DNA from: Lama glama
Taxonomy: Eukaryota
Direction: 5' to 3'
NCBI GenBank assembly: GCA_028534125.1
Contig: CM052818.1
Span: 16,370,001-16,434,000, forward strand
Length of the DNA: 64,000 nt
The position numbers were made by a program, and so were the translations under genes. A model generated the notes under the pieces. That model saw only the letters and a list, made by a program, of their open reading frames with translations, did not search any database and was not told the origin of the DNA. Positions within the stretch are counted from its first letter, which is position 1, and the number at the start of each line of letters is the position of its first letter. This document shows positions 50,716 to 63,982 of the stretch, one piece after another.

Positions 50716-52899
50716 CCAATTAGAATAAAGAAATTTAAACGGTAGTTGGCTTTAGTGCTATATCCAACAAGATTTTATTTCTTTGGAGATATTTTGCATA
50801 AAGACTGCTTCAATCATTCAAATATAAAGTTAAGAAGGGAATTTTCTTCCATTTGAATCTACATTGTTCATCTGCTTTAGCTTTAAAGCAGCCAGCAGGG
50901 AATGCAAAGAGAGCCGTTTAAAGCCTGGACAAGTTCCTAAATGAAGCTCAGTGCTGTCTCCTTCCGAAGCGATAATAAACATTTACATTTGGGAAATAGC
51001 TGAAGCCATAGGGAGAAAAATGAAACCATAATGATCTCTTGTTGGGAATGGAGAGTCTAATGATACATAATAGTAATCATGATGATAATAATAATGATAA
51101 ATCCTGATCTGATAATGGGTTGGAAATAGAAAGCAATGGGCTGTGGATGAAAAAAAAGTGACAGTTTATGACATTCTGAGGAGCACAGGTGCTCTTAGCT
51201 TCAGTCTGTTTTCTGGGCCGACATAGAAACATCAAGTGAAAAGTGACAGATGCTGCCTCTTTCCTGCTGCTTTTGAAAACTTACTTTTCTCTATTTCAGA
51301 ATGAAGTGCTTGAGTGCTTGCACAGTCTAAACAGAATCCTGCCACACTTTAACATAAAACTCTCGAGAAACTACCAGGACTGTGTGCCCATCACATTGAG
51401 TCAAGGCTGTTTTCTTCTTTCTTTATATTTATTTCTGTATTTACCACAAAACCTTGCTAAAAACCCTTTGGAGTCTTTTTTTTTTTTCTTGTTACTTCAT
51501 TTTTTGCTACTTCACATATGCTTTCCTCCTTCCACTAAAATGTGTCTTTACATCATTTTCATTCTTACTTTTATCTTTGATCTATCACCAGTGATAATCC
51601 TCATAATATGACAAGTTTTCTGGGCCGTAGCCATCAATACACCTTTCTTATGCTGCTTCAACCACATGCTCTGTTATGTATACTTTTGTGGTACACTTTT
51701 GCTGATTTAGATGTATCTGATATTGGGCTCCACCTTGATCAATATTTTAGAGCACTATTAGTATCTCCTATCTTATACATTTCTGGAGAATATGCAATTT
51801 AAGGATAAGTTCTTGTGACTTTAGGAGCTCCAAAAATGTTTCACAACTATAAACCAAACTTCTCTCAATGTGTTCACAAGTGTTACTTTGACAAAGAGTG
51901 TTTTTCACCCAGAAGTCAACATCGACCTGTCCAACCAGCTCAAATTTGCCACTGGAAAAGATCAAAGAAAATGTTTTCCTCCTTTTATTTTATCCAGTTT
52001 TTCCAGAAAGTAAAACAACATTACAACAACTGTTCTGCATACTAGGAAAAGGAGCTTGAGAACTTACATTTAACAGACTATCCACGTAAATCAGGAAATG
52101 CTTAAGTGCTCACTAATGCATTATTATAGAAATATTAATGAAGATTGGATCAAATGCTATTCAAGAAAATTAAACAGCAACAACAATAACAAGAAGAAAA
52201 AGAAATAGATGGCAACATCCTCAGAATCCCATGTAACTGAAAAAAAATTTTAAAGTATAGTGGAAAGCTAAGATGTGGTAAATAAACCTGCTGGACATTT
52301 GAGAAAGAGAAAATTCTAATCCAGACTCTCATTCTTCATTAGATTCAAAAGACAAAATTATACAGCTGAGATATTGGGAAGATGACAGGATAGAAACTTA
52401 GACATATTACATTATTGCCTATATTTTAATAATATAATTATTTTAAACCAAAGATAACTTTCAGCAAAAATACAAAATATGACACCCTAAAGTTTCTTTC
52501 ATTTTGAACAATTCTATAGAGATAATTTCTGTTACATTCTCTTCCTACTCCAATCTCCAGACTTTCCATTTAGTTGGTAGATACAGTTTCTTCGTAGTTT
52601 GGTTAATCTCACTGAAAATGGAGTAGTGGACCTATAACTTCAGTCTACTTCATGACTTCACGGATGAAAACCGCGATCAACCAAACCAACTGAAGGTTAA
52701 TTTTAACCCCTCAATATTACTACTACAACAGGCCCCTCAATACTATTAAAACCATACTAATACTACAATAGGTTCCAACCCATTGTAGATCTCTTTACAT
52801 TGCAGAAGGCCACATGGTATGGGCTTTGACGTGGACTCTCTACAAGTGTCTCTGAAATAACGGTGGTAAGTCAAACTCAACGTTCAGTAAATGTGCTAA

Positions 52900-54030
52900 T
52901 GTAAACTGGTATTGTGTTTTTACTTTCAAATTCCACTATTTTATTGTTGGTATATTATTTTTTCCTATGACAGTTGACTTTTGTATATTAACAATATATC
53001 CTACAACCAAGCTTTAATCACTTTATTAGTTTCAGTTTTTCTGTTGATTCTTCTGAACTTTCTATATAGACTACCATGGCATCTGTGAATAAAGCAAGTT
53101 TTATTTCTGTCGTCCCTATCTGTATTCCTTTTATTTCCTTTCCTTTTCTTGCCTTACTGCATTAGCAATTACTTCTGCTACAATGTTAAAAAGAATGGTG
53201 ATGAAGGACGTCCTTGCATTGCTCCTGATCTTAGGTAGGAAAGCACTTTGAGTTTCTCACAATTAAGTAAGTTGTGAGCTGCAGGGTTTTTGTAGGCTTT
53301 ATCAAGTTGAGAAGGTTCCCCTCTATTCCTAGTTTACTACAATTTTTTATCATGATAGGATGTTGGATTTTGTCAAATGCTTTTTCTGCATTTATAGATA
53401 TAATTGTGTCATTTTTTTAAATTTGTTTATGTAATGGATTATATTAATTGATTTTTGATGTTCAGTCAACCTTGTAAACTTGGAATAAATCCTACTTGGT
53501 CATGGTGTGCATCTTATTTTTATATATTTACTTTTTTATTGAGGTAACATTGGCTTATAACATTATATAAGTTTCACATCTACATTATATTTCTAGTTTT
53601 GTATACCCTACAGCATGCTCACCACCAAAATTTAGTCCACTCATCACCATATAGTTAATCCCTCTTATCCATTTCACCTTCCCCCAATCCTTTCCCCTCT
53701 GGTAACCAATACTCTGTTCTCTGTATATGTTTGGTTTTGTTTGGTTTAATTGGTTCAATTCTTTTGTTTTGCTCTTTGTTTATATTCTACCTATGAGTGA
53801 AATCATGTGGCATTTGTCTTTCTCCACCTAACCTATTTGCATCTATGTTTATAAGCGATATTGTACTGTAGTTTTCTTTCCCTGTAATGTCTATTTCTGG
53901 TTTCAGTATGAGGGTAAAGTTGGCCATAGAACATGAGTTAGGAAGTTTTTTCTCTACTTCTGTACTCTAAAACTGATTGCAGAAAATTGGTATTTCTTCC
54001 TTAAGTGTTTGGTAGAATTCATCAGAGAAC
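52900..54030 (-). mobile_element. Old L1M ORF2 RT region, antisense, split by a younger L1
   Basis: ttctatatagactaccatggcatctgtgaataa (FTDAMVVYIE antisense), ggacgtccttgcattgctcctgatcttagg, ttttgtcaaatgctttttctgca. Confidence 0.8.
53525..53837 (-). mobile_element. Laurasiatherian L1 3' end nested in the older L1
   Basis: ttttttattgaggtaacattgg...tttcccctctggtaacc...atgagtgaaatcatgtggcatttgtctttctcc. Confidence 0.75.
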
Positions 54031-54955
54031 AAACACTTCCATTTTAATACACAAATTATGTAGCCATATCAAATCCAATATTATGTTTCAACAAACTCTG
54101 AAAATTTGACCAGAAAACATTTTTAAGGTGACAATTTTGTCTGTGATAACATTAAACAGTTAATTATGACTCCAGTTACCGAATTTTTCTCAGTTTAATA
54201 CCTATATTGTACACACACAAAAATTCTATTTTTCAGCCTATATCCATATGCAACAAAATCTAATAACTTAATTATCAAAAAATGTTTTGAGACCTAAACA
54301 GAAGTAATTTTTTAGACAAGTTTTTATCTCAGTATTCTCATATTAAAGGCAACAATTCTACCAGGTAAATGACTTAAAAGTAGTTAATTTTCACCCTTCA
54401 TAAAACTGGCTAAAGTAGAGTTTTCCTTCTGGTTCATGAGTCTTACTCTTATAAATGAAGTTACATTGCCAGTAACTAACCATATTCAAGGTCAGTATCA
54501 ATTTGGAAGTGAAAAAGTAGTTGTCATAGCGCACAAGAGTGAGGATGCTTCGGAATGAAAATAATATTATGGTGATGCATTACTGCTAAGTAATGAAATA
54601 AGTCACTTTAATTTAACGGAGAGACAATGTTTAATTATTAACTTCTATATAATGATTTGATAAAAATTATCCTGATAATGTGGTGACATATCTCAACAGA
54701 ATTTTACTTAATGTGCAGAAATCAGTGTTTGAAAATTGAGTTGCCTGGGGAGTTTAGCAAATAGTTATTTTTGGTATATTATTTGCTCTTTAGAATCACA
54801 AAGCACCACTGTAATAAAATGATACACAATATATTCATAATTCTTAGAAATACCACCACATAATACTTTAAGTTACCATGCATGTAAAAAAATAAATCTG
54901 CATGAATTTTAACTGTGAAATTGGTATGCTTATATTTAAAATAAATTGACACTAT

Positions 54956-55152
54956 GTAAGAAATAAATAGGCTACAAAAATATATTATAGAGCACAGGGA
55001 ATATGGCCAATATTTTATAATAACTTTAAATAAAGTACAATCTAAACAAATTTTGAATCACTAAATTTTGAATACACCTGCAACTAATACTATAAATCAA
55101 CTATACTGTTAAAAAAATAGAAAATAAAATAATTTAAATAAATAAGTAAATA
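54956..55152 (+). mobile_element. Short L1 3' end with TSD, inserted in an older L1ME-like fragment (about 54915-55300)
   Basis: agcacagggaatatggccaatattttataataact...A-rich tail; TSD AAATTGACA(C/A)TAT at 54943-54955 and 55153-55165. Confidence 0.75.
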
Positions 55153-55852
55153 AAATTGACAATATACAGCAACTACCTTAAAATACTGAAGGTACTTTGG
55201 CATGATAATTCAGTCTCTAAGAATTTTTCCTAAAGATATAATAGGGCAAAGGGATAAGTACATATGTACAGCAGTATTCATCACAGTTATTATAAGCAAA
55301 TTAAAACTCCAGCAAAAAAAGTTTACAAATAATAAAATGAAAATGTATAATATTATGGTAGTAAAATAATTATTTAGACTATACACCATATGTATAGAAC
55401 CATTTCAGTAAATAGAAGTTCTAGGAAATATAAATCAAATTATTGAAAATAGTGAACATCTGAAAAGGGAAAAGTTTTACAAGATTTTGTGACTTTTTTC
55501 TCATCTATACTGCCTACAGATTTTGAAAGACTAAAAATAAAAGATTGATAAACAAAGTATAAAAGTGCTTCAGCATCAGGATGTCTTTTGGCCTTCTTGT
55601 AGAACAGGGTACATGTCTATAAGCCAGTGAGTGTGTGTATTAGTATACCTTTTCTTCCTTGTTTAATAACCTTGTAAGTATCCGCAATGATTTCTAATGC
55701 ACTTATCCTGTACTGAATTTTTAAAAGATTGCACTTTCAAGCAAAATTTTAACTAATGACTGAGCTAGGTATGTGGTCTTCTTCTAGGGATATACCTACC
55801 AAGGACATATCCCTTGGTAGCAGAGAATTCAAACAACAACATGCACTTTTAC

Positions 55853-56902
55853 TTTCACAAATGATGTGACTGGCAAAGGCTTTATTTCCAAAATATATAA
55901 ACAGCTCATACAACTTAATAATAAAAAAACAAAGAACTCAATCCAAAAATGGGCAGAAGACCTAAACAAGCAAGTCTCTAGTGAAGACATACAAATGGCC
56001 AATATGCACATGAAAAAATGCTCAATATCACTAATTATCAGAGAAATGCAAATCAAAACTACAATGAAGTATCATCTCACACCAGTCAGAATGGCCATCA
56101 TTCGAAAGTCTGAATGATAAATGCTGGAGAAGGTGTGGAGAAAATAGAACCCTTCTACACTGCTGGTAGTAATGTAGTCTGGTGCAGCCATTATGGAAAA
56201 CAGTACGGAGATTCTTCAAAAAACTCAAAATAGACTTACCATATGATACAGCAATCCCATTTCTGGGTATATACCTGGAGGAAACTCTAATTTGAAAAGA
56301 TACATGCAACCCAATGTTCACAGCAGCACTATATACAATAGCCAAGACATGGAAGCAACCTAAATGCCCATCGACAGATGACTAGATAAAGAAGTTGTGG
56401 TGTGTTTATACAATGGAATACTACTCAGCCATAAAAAAGAATCAAATAATGCCATTTGCAGCAGCATGGATGGACCCAGAGATCATCATTCTAAGTGAAG
56501 TAAGCCAAAAAGAGAAGGAAAAAAATATCATATGATATCATTCATATGTGGAATCTTTAAAAAAAAAAAAAAGAAAGAAAGGACACTAGGAACTTATAAA
56601 CAAAACAGAAACAGACTCACAGACACAGTAAACAATCTTATGGTTACCAGGGAAAGAGGGTGGGAAGGGACAAATTTGGGAGTTAGAGATTTGCAACTGT
56701 TAGCCACTGTATATGAAAACAGATTTTTAAAAAAGCAAGTTATTTCTGTATAACACAGGGAACTATGCTCAATACCTTGTAATAACCTTTAAAGAAAAAG
56801 AATATGAAAATGAATATATGTATGTGTATGCATGAATGGGACATTGTGCTGTACACCAGACGCTGACACATTGTAACTGACTGTACTTCAATTAAAAAAA
56901 AA
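55853..56902 (+). mobile_element. Young camelid-type L1, 5'-truncated (about 1.05 kb)
   Basis: ORF 55866 [15 protein letters not shown]...KWAEDLNK...[30 protein letters not shown] is the ORF2 C-terminus; 3'UTR and poly-A at 56894-56902. Confidence 0.9.
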
Positions 56903-57079
56903 TCTTTGTAGCCTTCTGAAGCCACTTTACCTCCTTCAAGTTGTTATTTTTTGTAATTTATTTTTTCAAATTCTATAAAACCATTATATTACTTTTCCAC
57001 CAATATATTTAAAAAGTATCTTGGACCTGGAAACAAACATGTTTTCAAAGAAAGGTGTGATACCATCTGCCACAATAAT

Positions 57080-57275
57080 CATAGATTTATATGTTTCATC
57101 TATTTGTTTTTAAAGTTTGATTTATATAAAGCTGAGACAATTTCATTAGTTACATATATATTTAGAATTGTTCTTTAGGTGGGTTAATTCTTTCATATTA
57201 TGAAATATTCCTCCTTATCTCTAGTAAGGCCTCTTGTGTTAAAATCTACTCTACATGTTTTGAACATAGCTCTAA
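57080..57275 (-). mobile_element. Old L1ME fragment (continues about 57900-58185)
   Basis: atatttagaattgtt...cattatgaaatattcctccttatctctagtaa...aaaatctact. Confidence 0.55.
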
Positions 57276-57280
57276 AAGCT

Positions 57281-57860
57281 ATGAATTGTTTTTAATGCAA
57301 TGTAACAGATTACCTAAAATGTAGCTGCTTGAAATAGCACACATTTGTTATAGTTTTCAAGGCCAGGAATCCAGATACAGATTACCTAAGTCCTCTACTC
57401 AGGGTCTTACAAGGCTGTGTACAAAATGTTGGCCTGGCAGGGCTGCTATCTCATCTGTTATTTGGAGTCTTTTCCCAAGCTTACTGGTTATTGGCAAAAT
57501 TCTCTCCTTGCAGCTATAAGACTGAAGTCAATACTTTCTCATTGGCTGTTGCCTGGGAGGCATGCCCAGTTCTGGGAGGATGCCCTCAGGTCCCAGCCAA
57601 GAGGCCCTTTCACAACAGCTTACTTCTTTAAAGCTAGCTAGGGATTCTTTCCCTTATTATATCCCTTTAGGGATAGTCTGAACCCTCATCTAAAGGGCCT
57701 GACCTGATTAAGTCAAGTCCAGTCAGGATATATCCTTTTGATTAACTCAAAATCAACAGATAAGAGACCTTAATTGTATCTGCAACTCTCTTCGCCATTG
57801 CCACTTTTCATGGAGTAGAATCCCAGCATATTCACCTGATCCATCTACACTAAAGAGGCC
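57281..57860 (-). mobile_element. MaLR LTR (MLT1E-like)
   Basis: tgtaacagattacctaaaatgtagctgcttgaaa, ctcagggtcttacaaggctg, ccttttgattaactcaaaatcaac, ccttaattgtatctgcaa. Confidence 0.8.
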
Positions 57861-58189
57861 CACTTTCTATGCAATGCAAAGACCTAAGAGCACGTAACTC
57901 CACATAACTTTATCTTTTGTTCTTTTGTTGGCCTATTTTTAAATCTCTAAAGACATTTCATTTTCTATAGTCAAAATTCAGTATACTCACAGATTTATTT
58001 AGTTTCTCTACATTCCTTTCTGTGTCTCTATATTTCTGAATGGGATCATTTTCCTCCTGCTTTTAGTGGTATCTTTAGTATTTCCTTTTGTGCAGTTTGG
58101 TTACTAAGTCTGCCAATTTTTATTTGTCTTTCTGGTTGTAAAAATGTCTCAATTCCAGTTTCATTTTGTAGGATTTTTTTTCTTTAATA

Positions 58190-58500
58190 GCTGGGCATTC
58201 CAAGAAACTGATGCCAAAACATGATTAGATGTGGAAGAAAGAGTTTAGCAAAAATGCTTGTGAGAGAAAATGAGGGGGGAGCAAAGAGAGGCTGAGAGAG
58301 TCTTCAGTTGGCAATGCAGGTTAACTACAAGAGAGAAAAAGAAGGGAGAAAGGAAAGAAAGGTTGATTGGAAGTGTCCTACTCTGCACCGTTTCTAGAGA
58401 AAAATTCACCAAGTCTGTGAGGGAGGCTTGAAGCCACAGCTGCCCATCAGAAGAGTCCCTAATCTAGAAATGTGCTTATCATAATGGCCCTGCCACACCC
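58190..58500 (-). mobile_element. ERVL-type LTR fragment (LTR16/33/41 group)
   Basis: gagagtcttcagttggcaatgcagg...cagctgcccatcagaagagtcc resembles antisense ERVL LTRs. Confidence 0.5.
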
Positions 58501-59369
58501 ACCTACTTTTACCAGTTCAAAGAGAAATCTATTTACAAAAATTAGATCACTTATACTCTCTCAAATCCAATATGAGACAATAGTTTAATTATGTATATAA
58601 ATGACAGTTAATAGAAGTACCTATTCTACTTTCTAAATTTCATGTTTAATGGTAAAAATTCAGATGGATAAATAGTAAAAATTATATGTTTCAGTCTCAA
58701 AGTTAAGGTCACATTGAACATTATTAACCTAAGAGTAGCTATTAAACATATGCCTAATAATTATTCAATTCAGAAATAAAAGTATAGAGTATAACATACA
58801 AGAAGGCCATTTTGTTTGAAATGTATTTCCCCCAATATAAGTATGGGAGCAAGTTAAACACATAATACCTAGACATAATTAGCATTTCCAAATACTAATG
58901 AAAAAGTAAATGATAAAATTAAACAATGTATTTGTAAGTCTATAAGCTATGTAACTGGAGGAAAAAAAATGTCATCTATGCTCTATGTTGTTGAAAAATT
59001 TTACTTTTAACCCTGTGAGGCAGGCCCATATTCATGAACACAAGGTCAGTCATACAATTCACTGCACAGCTTATCTGATTTTGGTAATACGTTTTAATTC
59101 TGAAGCTGCTTAAATTTAAAAAAAAAAGTAGAATTCAAGGTCATTATGCACAAGCCTAACAAAATTCAATAATAACTATAACTAATCAAAGGAATACATA
59201 CCACTACCAGAAAGTATATCGATAAAGATTATACTCTGCATTCTCAGAAAACAATTGACAATAGTTCTTCTCTAAGAGTTGTAATTTTCTTCCCCTAACC
59301 GTGTAAACTTCCCAAAACTTCCTCTGCACAAAAATTGCTTGCAGAACCAGTACTCATCAGTTTGAAGGC

Positions 59370-59414
59370 AAAAATTAAAAAAAAAAAAAAAAAAAAAAAC
59401 AAAACAAAAAAAAA
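59370..59414 (+). repeat. Poly-A / A-rich tract
   Basis: Direct reading. Confidence 0.9.
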
Positions 59415-59439
59415 CCCTGAAACTACCAGTTCCTTATGA

Positions 59440-60345
59440 CAATGGTCAGGAAGAGAAAAAACATTTATTCATTGCTGATGGGAATGTAAAATGGTAGAAT
59501 CACTTTGGGAGATAGTCTGACAGTTCCTTACACAGCTAAACATATTCTTACCATGTTATCTAGCAATTGCACTCCCAGATATCTACACAATTGTTTGGAA
59601 ATATGTTTTTACACAAAAATCCACACATGAATGTTTACTGCACCTATATTCATAATCACCCAAAACTTCAAGCAATCATGATGTCTTTCAACAGATGAGT
59701 GAATAAACAAATCATTCCATATCCATACAAAACAATATTATTCAGCAATAAACATGAGTTATCAAGCCAAGAAAAGACATGAATGAATTTGTAATGCATA
59801 TTGATAAGTGAAAAAAGCTATTCTGAAAAGGTCACACATTTTATGATTCCAATCATAGGACATTCTACAAAAGACACACTGTAGACTGTTAAAAAAAAAA
59901 AAAAAAGTTCAGTGGTTCCAGAAAAGGAAGCAGGTGAATAACTGAAGTACAGGGGTTTCTTTAGGGCAGTGAAGCTATTCTGTATGACACTGTACTTGTG
60001 GATATATGAAACTATGCATTTTCTAAAACTCATGAAACTATCCAGCACAAAGAGCCAACTTTATTGATACATATTCATAAAAATAATTTAGGAGCTCAGG
60101 AATCCAGGATGGAACATAATACATTGCTAGTGAACAAAACAATCTCATTGTATTACTAATGTTTGAAACAACCTTTGTTTCAGTGAAGGGAGTAAAAAAA
60201 AAAATGCAGATCTAAATAACATTTGGAAATGAGTGAAGTTGGTAAGACTATAGGCAAAAGAAGCTGTACGTAAGTAATGAGTATACAGAAACATTCTGTA
60301 CTATTTATCTTCAGAATTGTTTTCTGTAAATCTAACACTGTTCTC
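59440..60345 (+). mobile_element. L1MC1/L1MC2-like LINE-1 3' part
   Basis: ttcattgctgatgggaatgtaaaatggta, atcaagccaagaaaagacatg, ttagggcagtgaagctattctgtatgacact. Confidence 0.8.
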
Positions 60346-60443
60346 CAAAGAGATCTAGGAATATTATACCTAAACAACCATGTAGCGGATACCATGTAGA
60401 AGATTACCAAATTACCTTTCAACAATTTTTGGATATAGAGGCT

Positions 60444-60778
60444 GGATTGTTAGATACAGGGGTTGAATTAGCATTGATATTGAAGCACCAAATAGCTTTG
60501 CCATGATTAAAGTGAAGATAGATGGTAGCCAGGTAATAAATGTCGTTCTGACCTAGGTTCAGTTCACAAAGAATCTTCTGGGCTCATGGACCCACATAGT
60601 GGTCATTTCCTCAGTTTCCAAATGTATAAGTGGACAGGCTAAACTTTGTACTGAACTAAGCACTCACATTGGTTCTTTTATATGTAGGATAAAAAAATCA
60701 TCACAGCAGGGTAAGTTAAATTACATCCTCTGAAACTCCTTCACCAAGTTAAGTTAGTATATCAATAATAATATTACT
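60444..60778 (+). mobile_element. ERVL internal remnant (aspartic protease and start of pol)
   Basis: Translates to GLLDTGVELALI (60444-60479), GSQVINVVL, THIVVISSVSKCISG and HIGSF, colinear with ERV-L protease as I recall it (GLLDTGSELTLI...GGQVINGVL...THPVVISPVPECIIG...HIGSL); contains stops and frameshifts. Confidence 0.8.
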
Positions 60779-60809
60779 AGGTAAAAAGCCTGCTATTATT
60801 GAGTTACTA

Positions 60810-61413
60810 TGACTAAAATAAAGAAAAAAGACCACATGATCATCTTAATAGATTCAAAGTATTTGACAAAAACAACATCCTTTTATGATAAAACACACAG
60901 CAAACTAGAAACAGAAAAAAAAATTTCCTCAAACTAATAAAGGGTATCTACAAAATGCCTAAAGCTAGTATCATAATTAATGGTGACATACTGAATATTT
61001 TCCCCAAGATTAGGAAAAAGGCTGTCCACTCTCAACAGCTATCTATTTAACATTATACTAGAGTTTCTAGTTAGTGCTATCAGGCAAGAAAAATAAATAA
61101 AAGATATTCATGTTTGAAAGAAAAAAGTAAAACTATATATATACTAATTCACATATGACATAATCCTCTATGTAGAAAATCTTGAGGAAACCACACACTT
61201 AAACATACACACACTCATGCACATACATTCACATACTTTATTTCCATGCAAAGAATTGATGAAAACATTCAGTAAGGTCACATAATATATGTTTTATTCC
61301 TATATACTCACAATGAACATTTTGAAGATGTAATTTAAATAAATTTATTCACAATAGCAGTGATCAGATTATACTCAGTAATAAATTTAAGTAAAGAAAT
61401 GAAAGGCTTATAT
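60810..61413 (+). mobile_element. Old L1M ORF2 RT-region fragment
   Basis: cacatgatcatcttaatagat, tttaacattatactagagtttctag, gacataatcctctatgtagaaaatc. Confidence 0.75.
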
Positions 61414-63365
61414 TGGAGGATCAAGATTGCAGAGTACAAAGACCATGAGATCAATTCTTCCCAGAGATATACCACAAGTGCAACTACATACAGAACAACT
61501 TTCTCTGAGAATGACCTGAAGACTAGCAGAACAGTTTTTCTACAAGTAAGAATCTGAACAACAACAGCAAAAAAAAAAAAACACACCAAAATGGATAGGA
61601 GGGGAAGAGAACCAATGCAGTCAGGACTCACCTACCTAACAGGGAACATACAAAAGAAAGGGGGCATATCACAAACTTGGTGTCCCACCCTAAGGAAAGA
61701 GGGGTTAAAGCCCCATATTGGGCACTTAGACCTGGGGACTGGGTCCAGGAAGACAAACCCTTTTGAAAACGAGTGGGGTTTATGACCAGGAAAGCTGAAG
61801 AGCTGTAGGAATTTGAGACTCTACTTTTAAAGGGCACACACACAAACTTACTTGCTCTGAGCCCGAGTGCAGAAGTAACAGGTTAAAAAGGGCTTGGCGC
61901 TCTCACTGGCTAAGACTGTACCAGGATGCCCCCCAGCCCATACTCAGCTTTGACTCCAAGCCCAAACCCCCACTAAGGTGGCAGACCACAGTGTGCCATG
62001 GAAGAAGTATCAGCCTTTGTCAGGCTCCAGCTCTTGCCCTCCTGCCAAAGCAGCTAGGCACACACTGTCTGCATAAGGACACTCCTACACAAGGATACAC
62101 CTTCAAGACCAGAAGAGGTAACTATTTTGGCTAATTCATAAAGATAAACACAGAAAGTCAAACAAAATGAGAAGACAGAGGAATATGTTCCAAACAAAAG
62201 AACAAGATAAAATTCCAGAAAAAAAAAAAAACCCCAGCAAAATGGAGATAAGCAATTTACCTGATAAAGAGTTCAAAGCAATGGTCATAAAAATGCTCAC
62301 TAAACTCAGGAGATAAATAAAAGAACATGGTGAGAAATTCAACAAAATATTAAAAATATTTTTAAAAGAACCAATAAGAAATGAAGTTTATAAGAACCAG
62401 AGGGAATCAATAGCAGATTAGGTGATACAGAAGAATGGATAAGAAATCTGAAAGTTAGAATAGTGAAAATCATCCAATTAGATCGGCAAAAAGAGAAAAA
62501 GAATTTTAAAAATGAAGATAGTTTAAGGGACCTCGGAGACAACATGAAACATATTAACATTCACATTGTATGGGTACTAGAAGGAGAAGGGAGGGGGGAC
62601 AGAAACCATATATGATGAAATAATGGCTAAAATTTTCCCTATCTGGGGAAGGAAACAGATACTCAACTCTAGCAACACAGAGAGTCCCAAACAAGATGTA
62701 CCCAAAGAGATTCACACCAAGATATATCATAAGTAAAATGGCAAAAGTTAAAGATGAACAGAGAATTTTAAAGGCAGCAAGAGAAAGACAAAGAGTCACA
62801 TATAAGAGAACCTTCATAGGACTATCAGCTGATTTTTCAGGAGAAACTTTGAAGGCCAGAAAGGAATGGCATGATACATCTGAAGTGCTGAAAGGAGAAA
62901 AAAGAAAAAAGTTACAACCAAGGACATCCTACCTGGTAAGGTTATTATTCAGAACTGAAAGAGAAATAAAGAGTTTCCCAGACAAACAACAACTAAGACA
63001 CTAAACACTAAACCCACATTACAAGAAAAGTTAAAGGTTCCTCTTTAAATGAAAAAGAAAAGGCCATAACAAGAAATAAGAAAATATATGAAGAAAAAAA
63101 TTATCACCGCTAAAGGCAAATATATAGTAAAGCTAGTGGATCAACCACTTAAAAAAACTACTATGAAGGTTAAAAGACAAGTCAAAAATATACTGAGGCA
63201 ACTTAACAAAGTAACACAACTTTTCAAGATTTATGGAAAACAGCAAAAGCAGTTCTAAGCTTGCAAAAATACAAGAAACAAGAAAAATCTCAGATAAACA
63301 ACTTTACACCTAAAGGAATTTGAAAAAGAAGGAAGAACAACCCCCAAAATTAATACAAGGAATGA
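61414..63365 (+). mobile_element. L1 5' half (5'UTR, decayed ORF1 62167-63048, internally deleted start of ORF2)
   Basis: ggaggatcaagattgcagag start; ORF1 MRRQRNMFQTKEQDK; ORF 62696 TPRYIISKMAKVKDEQRILKAARERQRVTYK...LSADFSGETLKARKEW; ORF2 QDLWKTAKAVL near 63226. Confidence 0.85.
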
Positions 63366-63369
63366 TTCT

Positions 63370-63681
63370 TACAACGTGAAGGAGGTAGAGTGTCAATGTT
63401 AGAGTGATACAGCATGAGAAGACTCCACGGAATTTAAAAAGATGGAAGAAGGTCCTGAGCCAAGAAATGAGGATAACCACTAAAAGCTAGAGAAGGAAGA
63501 AAGAAAATGGAATCATATCTAGAGCCTCCAGAACAGAAGACATCCCAGGTGACATTCCGATTCCAGCACAATGATACCTACTTCAGACTTTTGATCTTCA
63601 GAAGCTTAAGATAACAAATGTATGTATTTAAAGCCACTAAATAAGTGGTAATTTTTAACAGTAGCAATAGAAAACTAATAC
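63370..63681 (+). mobile_element. MaLR LTR (MLT1D-like), 3' part
   Basis: agatggaagaaggtcctgagccaag...ctagagcctccaga...gtagcaatagaaaactaatac end. Confidence 0.8.
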
Positions 63682-63982
63682 TCTTCCCCCAGTTGCTGGG
63701 AATACTGGCTATCGATCACTCAAAAATGTCTCTCACTGAGAACTATCCTCAGTTGTAGGGAACTGTCTAGTTAGGGTTTTTCTTCCTTCCAGAGTATGCT
63801 GATGACTAGCTGATGTGGGGTTACAAAGACCTAAGTTGTAAGTAAATTGCAGGTCAGCTTGTTTCTCTTCCCACTCTTATCTTCAGTTTCTCAAAGTCAT
63901 ACATCCTGAAGACATTTCTCAATAAATTTGCATACAACTCTCCATCTTGGAGTCTGTCTCCTGTAACACAGCTCCATTAACA
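63682..63982 (+). mobile_element. ERVL LTR (LTR16-like)
   Basis: cccccagttgctgggaat start; ctcaataaatttgcatacaactctccatcttggagtctg end. Confidence 0.65.

Noticed and set aside
25146..56902. Two similar-length young L1s in inverted orientation (25146-26232 and 55853-56902) as ends of a composite element
   Set aside because: The left copy has its own TSD and the truncation points differ by about 35 bp, so these are independent insertions
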